From the NCBI RefSeq assembly GCF_009914755.1, contig NC_060931.1: 64,000 bases of DNA; one strand, written 5' to 3'. The stretch comes from the human T2T-CHM13v2.0 reference genome, Homo sapiens. The notes beneath the pieces are model-generated. The model saw nothing but the letters and a program-made list of their open reading frames with translations. It ran no database searches and was not told the DNA's origin. Shown one piece after another: positions 53,605 to 64,000 of the stretch. Numbering within the stretch: position 1 is the first letter of the stretch; every line of letters starts with the position of its first letter. The position numbers and the translations under genes are program-made.

Positions 53605-53800
53605 GTGTGGGTTCAGATCCCAGCCACTCATCGGCTGTGAGTCCTCAGGACAGCTGCTAACCTCTCCTGCCTGTACTTCCTCACTCATAAAATGAGTATG
53701 ACAACAGTGCCCCCACCTCAAAGGGTGGCAGGGAGGACTGCTGGAGTGAAGGCCCAGGAAGTGCTTGGAGCAGCACCTGGAAAGGGCCTGGTGAGTGTTC
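53605..53800 (+). mobile_element. MIR
   Basis: GGGTTCAGATCCCAGCCACTC...CTTCCTCACTCATAAAATGAG matches the MIR core. Confidence 0.75.
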
Positions 53801-54599
53801 TCTGCCATTATTCCTCACCACACAGCTTTCATTCTTCACAGCCTTGCGAGACACCACGACCCTTCCCATTCAACAGACAAGCACACGAGGCTCGGGTGGG
53901 ACGTGTCTGGCCCAAGATTACACCGCTGGGAAGCTGCAGAATCCCATGTGAACCCCAGACTCCAACTCTCGTCTGACTCTCGCCCCTGCAGGCCTCGACT
54001 CCACACAGGGCCCAGGGCCCAGCAGCAGGAAGTCACGGTGCCGCTGCGAAAGGCCCCGGGTCTCCAGAGAACATCCACGCCTCCTCAGGACAAAGGGCTC
54101 CTCTGGGAAAAGGCACAAACACTGCCTGCACCGTGTGCTTCCCAGAACAGAAAACGGGAGGGCGCCGCCGCCAGGACGGGGCAGCCCAGGCGCAGCCACT
54201 CGCCACCTTGGCCGGCTCAACTTCCCAGCAGCATCCAGCAAAGCCGTCAGTAGTCCTCGTGGTGCCAGCTCGAGTGCCTGATGGGCCCTCGCACGGGTCT
54301 CCGTGGGACAGAGGTAAGGGATAGAGGACCGAGGCCCTAACCAGCTGAGAACCCACGTGGCTGGCCGCAGTCCCATCCCAGCCCTGCTGGCTGCCAGGTC
54401 AAGGCTGGAGCCCCAGATGGGCTCCCGTGGGGCGAAGTCAGAAGTCAGAGGTGCTCGAGGCTGCCCCATCAGATGGCTCCTGGGAGCGTGCACACCGCGG
54501 TCTGTGCGCACAGAAGACCCCAGACGGTGCCAGGCACCCTGCACACATGCCTCTGGCTGAGACTACAGCACCTGCTAGCATGCCCCTGGCATTCCCAGT

Positions 54600-57230
<2,631 letters not shown>

Positions 57231-57666
57231 CATACTTTTCTATTTTACCAGTAAGCCACATTCCTCAGGCTTGTTGAATGACTGCCAAAGTAGGAGCCAT
57301 GTGCAGCCCAACAGAGCTCAGGCATTCCCACCACAGAAAGGGTGGGGCTCATCCTCCTCCTGAAGCCCTGGTCCCTTCCGTCCAGGCCATCCCACACAAT
57401 CACCCAGGAAGTTTTGTAAGCATGCAAAATAAACCCAAAGACAGGAAATAAAGATTAAAAACAGATGGAAAAACTACAACGGTGAGAAATCAACCAAGTC
57501 AAAAATCAGTTACTTTAAAAGGCTAATAAAGTTGCAGACATCTGAAGATATTAAGAGAGAAGAGAAAAAGCACAAATAACCAAAATCAGGCAGGAAAAAA
57601 GGACTATCATCAGCCATCCTGTCTGCATTGTACATTTTCTTTAATTAAATACGAGTCTAAGGATGA

Positions 57667-57972
57667 GTCTGGGTGCGGTGGCTCACACCTGTAATCTCAG
57701 CACTTTGGGAGGCCAAGGTGAGTGGATCACTTGAGATTGGGAGTTCAAGACCAGCCTGGCCAACATGCCAAAACCTCGTCACTACTGAAAATACAAAAAT
57801 TAGCTGGGCATGGTGGCACATGCCTGTAATCCCAGCTACTACGGAAGCCGAGGCAGGAAAATCACTGGAACCTGGGAGGCAGAGGTTTCAGTGAACCGAG
57901 ATTCCACCACTGCACTCCAGACTGGGTGAAGAGTGAGACTCCGTCTCCAGGAAAAAAATAAATAAATAAAAG
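57667..57972 (+). mobile_element. AluS-type
   Basis: Full dimer with (AAAT)n tail. Confidence 0.93.
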
Positions 57973-58210
57973 AGTGAAATATTGAACATTTTCCCCCAGA
58001 TCAAAAATAAGAACAAGCTATCTGCTACCACCACTGCTATTTCACGTCGTACCAGAGGTCCCGGCCAATGTAATAATGTGATAAAAAAGAAACAAAAGGT
58101 ATAAAGCTCAAGAGGAAGGAGTAACATTGTCTTTATTTGCAAATAGCACTATTTTTATACAAAAAAAGCCTAAGGAATCTTAAAAAAAAAAATTTACTGG
58201 CACTAAGACT

Positions 58211-58388
58211 GAATTCAGCAAAGTCACAGGACACTGTCAAAACACTAAAACTATACTGTCTCTATACACGAGAATCCAGCAAAGTCACAGGACACTGTCA
58301 ACATAGTAAACTATACTGTCTCTATACACGAGAATCCAGCAAAGTCACAGGACACTGTCAACATAGTAAACTATACTGTGTCTATACA
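58211..58388. repeat. Tandem repeat, ~60-bp unit x3, L1 ORF2-derived
   Basis: GAAT(T/C)CAGCAAAGTCACAGGACACTGTCAACATAGTAAACTATACTGTCTCTATACACGA repeated. Confidence 0.93.
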
Positions 58389-58519
58389 ATAACAGCAAAT
58401 ATTGGAAAGGTGACAGTCTTCAAAATTCTACTCAAATTATCATCAATAATACAAAATTCTTAGGATTAAATTTATCAAAAGATAGGCAAGAGCTCCTCTA
58501 AAAAACATACGCTAGTAAT

Positions 58520-60120
58520 AACTGTTTGCTTGGTGAGCTGTGTGGCCAGGGTTGTGAAATCAGAAGAGACACCCAGCCTTCTCCAGGTGAACTGTGAATC
58601 GCTAATATGTTATTAAAAGACGTATTTCAGAAATGGTGCGCTTCAGTGGAAATCCCTGGAGATCTGTCAATGCCTTCCATTCCATAATATGTTTTAATGT
58701 CAGGAGAAACACAGACCAAAATGCTTATGAAATAGTCTGGTCAAGTTTTTCTGTATCCGAGTCCTTCAAGTGCTCTCCCTGATATCAGGCAGTAACAACA
58801 TAGTGTTACAGCCACAATTTCAATGACCTAAAATGATTAGCCACATTACTTCTTTAATTTGAATCTGGCACTTTCTAGGCCACTGGTTCTCAAGTGGCCT
58901 AGTGCTATGCATTCATGTACAGCAGATGTATTCATGAGGTTTTATGAAATTAAAAATGGTTCACTCTATCTCAGACTTACCCAGTCTCTTCATTTGATAT
59001 GCTTTGGTATATTCCGGGAATATTTTGTCTCAACATTGTACATCTCAAGACTGTTTTCTTCATAAAAATTATGTTCACCCATTTCAATGAATCAGATGTT
59101 AACATCCACTGACTTCTTTGAAACAGGCTGAATTATTATCCTTAGTAATATTTTGTCTAATTTTTTAATCGCCTTTTTATCTTTGTTTTGGATGCCACAG
59201 AAACAACCCAATTTCCTCATTAGTTGCATTACTATTAAAACCACATCAGACATTTCATGTTTGAAAATTATATAAAACCTCATCAGGCATTTCACACTTA
59301 AAAATTATCAGTAAGAAATTAACCATTGCCATCAAGTCTTTGTCATCTGTGAAAAGTTTCTGCTCGACTCTGTAAACGCCTGCCTGAAAGCTCGGGATAA
59401 ACTCACAGGCCAGAGTTTGCATCTTCAACAAGAAGGGCAGTCTCAGTGGCTCTGGAGAAGGACTGCAGCCGACATCGCCATGACTGACACCTGTGGGGAC
59501 AGGCTCTGGAGGCAAGAGCAACCCTTACACCACTTTCAAACACACCAGGAGGTTAAGTCCACATTTCCAAATTCACTTTAGGCAAGAAGCAATGGTTTCA
59601 TGAGTTTATAAACCCTAGATCTAACAGGATAAGAATTAATTACACAGAACTAAATGAACTGAAGAGGGAAGTTTTACTGAGGTTATTTGTGGATGCTGGT
59701 TTTATGTTCTATTTTCTGGATACAAGGGGAAGTCATTGCCTTTTCTTCTTAAGCTATTTAACCTACAACAATTTGTTGAACTCAGCTTTGATAAAAACGA
59801 AATATTTTCAAATGATCTTTGACCTTCACTGGTATCCCAGAATTCAGAAACTCTTACTGAGTCTCCTTAATTTTCACAGCAGTAGGTTCAATAAGAACCT
59901 TTCCTCCTTTTTAACGTGATAGAATTGGACAAACCGTACAACCAGTGCCTTACCTGCGTGTCATCTGAGAACAATGCTCATTCAATAAAGCATGACAAAC
60001 TACTCTGAAGGGTCAAAGATGGCGGTGCACATGCAGCCAACAGCAACAAAACTCTCCCATCTTCCAGATGGTTAAGACCACTTGCTGGAAAGACAGGAAC
60101 CTCAGGATACTGGGAGGACC
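58520..60120 (+). mobile_element. ERV1 internal-region remnant (MER4/MER34-group-int-like)
   Basis: GATAAGAATTAATTACACAGAACTAAATGAACTGA...CCCAGAATTCAGAAACTCTTACTGAGT...CAATAAGAACCTTTCC resembles recalled MER4-group internal consensus; no intact ORF. Confidence 0.6.
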
Positions 60121-60123
60121 TCA

Positions 60124-60518
<395 letters not shown>

Positions 60519-60847
60519 CTACTATCACAAAAGAAAAAATTGATGAATTGGATTTCATCAAAATCAAAAATTTTTACTCATCCAAAACACCATTAAGATC
60601 TCAGTAAAAATGTCAGAGTAAGAGCCTATGGAAGTTCACTCCACCATAAAAGCAACAGAAGAGTGACTAAAACGGTCAGAATCAGATTTTTGAACTCTGA
60701 AAACTAACCAAAGGCTTACAGCAATCCGGGAACGTTTGGTCAAGAAAATCAGGTGGCTCTCAAGAAGAGTGCGCCTGGGGCATTTTAACTCACCCTGGTC
60801 CCAGCCCCCACACCACAACTCCATGGTGGCCTTGAAAAATCAGTCTA

Positions 60848-61200
<353 letters not shown>

Positions 61201-61256
61201 TCAAAATACCATTCCCAAAGAAGAGTTATTACTTGACCCATCTGGGTCACTTACTA

Positions 61257-61597
<341 letters not shown>

Positions 61598-62264
61598 AAA
61601 GTCCTGTCTTGATTTCACCTCCCCTAATCTCTCCCAGGGCAAAAACTTGGTTGGGGAATGAGTCTGTCAACCACTTCAACATCACAAATGCCTGAGTGAC
61701 AGCAGTGGCAAACAAAAGACTCACCAGAACGCTGACACAGAAAAGCTAAGAAATGAGCTGTCCATGGGGACTGAGATTCTAAGGGGCCATGTCCGTGCAT
61801 GTTGCGCACAGGCTCGGAAAGGCCTGTGAAGGCCCTGGGTTCTCCCTCCTGCTCACCTTGAAGCTCTGAGCAAGCAGGAAATGAGGGCAAAGGCAGAGTG
61901 GCCACCACCTGGCCCAGCGTGCACCGGAGCCCCTCATCAAGGACTCACCAGTTCTAGGTATCTCAGGAAATCTCTGGCTAATATTCATTCTGAGACTGGC
62001 CTTTGCTTAAGACCGAGTATCTAGCCTAAAGCATGCCGAACTTCCAGACAAGCATTAGAGGCAAACAAAAAACTGTCCACAGATCACAGAGACTTGATGG
62101 CCATGGTTAATTTACGACTGAGAGTTTTCAAATGTGAAATGTCTAGTGAGGTTTTGTAATAAAAATAGTGCAACTGTCAAGGAAACTGGGCTTGTTTCTG
62201 TAGCATCTGAAACAAAGCAAAATGCCAATGAGAAAATTAGACAAAATATCTCTGGGGATAATAA

Positions 62265-62990
62265 TTGTTGTCAGATTGTTCACTGCTAACGTATAATATT
62301 AAACATTATCTTATATTAAATATAATATTAAATATTGATCTTGTATCCTGCAACTCTGTTGAACTTGTTTATTAGCTCTAATAATTTTGTAAATGTGTAT
62401 TCTTTCAGTTTTTTAATGTATAAAATCATGTCTTCTGCAAATAGAGACAGTTTTCTTCTTCCTTTCCAATCTGGATGTCTTCTATTTCCTCTCCTTGCAT
62501 AAACGTCCTGGGTAGAGCCTCCAGCACAATGCTGAACAGAAGTGGAGAAAGCACGTATCCTGTCTTCATTTTTCTTCTCTCTCTGCTTTATTCCCCTTAC
62601 CGGAGAATCCTGACGGACCTATCTTCAGGTTTGCTGATTCTTTCTTCTGCTGCTCAAATATGCCGGTGAGCTTATCTACCAAATTTTCATTTCAGTTGCT
62701 GTACTTTTCATCTGTAGAATTTCTATGTGGTTTCTCCTTATAGTTTCTTTTTATTGATATTCTGCTTCTACTGATTGATTGCTTTCTCCACCATGTATGA
62801 ATTATACTTTCTTGCTTCTTGCATGTCTTCCGAATTTTGCGGCAACTCTGGAATCAGATTCTCTGCCCTTGCCAGGGCTGGCTGCTGGTGCTGCCAGCTG
62901 TAGTTGTTTTTTACTTGTTTCATGACTTTTCTGAACTAATTCTGTAATGTTTGTGTCTCTGTTCTATGCAGCCACTGACGTTTCCACACG
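62265..62990 (-). mobile_element. Old L1 fragments
   Basis: TTGATCTTGTATCCTGCAACTCTGTTGAACTTGTTTATTAGCTCTAA...ATCATGTCTTCTGCAAATAGAGACAG is antisense L1 ORF2. Confidence 0.8.
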
Positions 62991-63029
62991 TTAGCCATGA
63001 GAAATACAAATTAAAAAGCACATAAGATT

Positions 63030-63745
63030 TAAAAAATGCTAAATATCATTAATTATCAGGGAAATGCAAATCAAAACCACAGTGAGATACCACCTTAATC
63101 CTGCCAGAATGGCCATAATTTAAAAGTCAAAAAATAACAGATGTTGGCGTGGATGTGGTGGAAAAAGGAACACTTTTACATTGCTCGTGGGAATGGAAAC
63201 TAGTACAATCACTACAGAAAACAGTACAAAGATTCCTTCGAGAACTGAAAGTAGAGCTACCGTTTGAGACAGCAATCCTACAGAGGAAAAGAAGTCATTC
63301 TACGAAAAAGACACGTGCACACGCATGTTCACAGCAGCACAATTTGCAACTGCAAAGATACGGAACCAGCCTAAATGCCCATCAACCGAGTGGATAAAGA
63401 AAATGTGGTCTCTATATATATATATATATCATAGAATACTACTCAGCCATAAAAAGGAATGAAATAATGGCATTTGCAGCAACGTGGATGGAGTTGGAGA
63501 CCATTCTTCTAAGCGAAGAAACTCAGGAATGGAAAAACCAGACATCTGACATCCTCACTTATAAGTGGAAGCTAAGCTATAAGGACACAAAGGTGTAAGA
63601 GGGATATAATGGACTCTGGGGACAGTGTACACTGCTCAGGTGACAGGTGCACCAAAATCTCAGAAACCACAACTAAAGAGCTTTTCCATGCAATCAAACA
63701 CCACGTTCCCCAAAAACTATTGAAATAAAAAATAAAATCCCATTA
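63030..63745 (+). mobile_element. L1PB-like 3' end with internal (TA)n
   Basis: GGGAAATGCAAATCAAAACCACAGTGAGATACCAC...GTGCACCAAAATCTCAGAAACCACAACTAAAGAGC...CTATTGAAATAAAA. Confidence 0.88.
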
Positions 63746-64000
63746 AAAAAATAAACTACTACTGATATAAACAATGAAGATCATAAAATGTAACTGGAAA
63801 TAATTTTTTGTCCCACAATAAGTCATTGTTTAAATTATGGTATATCCATCCAATGAAAAATCATGCAGTCATTAAAAAAAAAAATCCACTTTAAGATACC
63901 ACTCCACACCCACGAGGCTAACCATAAGAAAAAAGACATCATAATAAGGGTTAAAAATTCAGAGAAACCGGAATCTTCATATACTGCTGGTGGGAATGTA

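Larger units (their letters stand above)
57440..58510 (+). mobile_element. Old L1 ORF2 fragments containing an Alu and a VNTR
   Basis: A-rich sense L1 ORF2 relic (GAATTCAGCAAAGTCACAGGA..., TAGGATTAAATTTATCAAAAGA). Confidence 0.75.

Noticed and set aside
58520-60120. AT-rich block considered as a processed pseudogene
   Set aside because: No coherent ORF or poly(A)/TSD; better explained as ERV1 internal sequence.

Overview
This is primate (almost certainly human) GC-rich genomic DNA, not microbial. The only recognisable protein-coding sequence is one 87-bp minus-strand internal exon (30669-30755, canonical AG/GT) encoding (R)[28 protein letters not shown](S). I recognise this as part of the coiled coil of MAD1L1 (mitotic checkpoint protein MAD1; human 7p22.3, from memory). 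The rest is two long MAD1L1 introns. They contain about 18 Alu copies or fragments, a full-length SVA, a MER4-group solo LTR, ERV1 internal remnants, old L1/L2/MIR/DNA-transposon relics and many GC-rich minisatellites. The many ORFs in the track are GC-rich or repeat-derived noise. I find no evidence of a new multi-gene system. The best second-look items are: an apparent 3'-transduced segment with a second poly(A) tail on the SVA; a near-perfect ~70-bp dispersed duplication 5310 bp apart; several VNTRs built from old TE sequence; a candidate PTC-containing cryptic exon; a candidate recursive splice site; AT-rich enhancer-like islands; and a ~30-kb Alu-free stretch. Repeat subfamily calls come from recalled consensus sequences, and boundaries of old elements are approximate.
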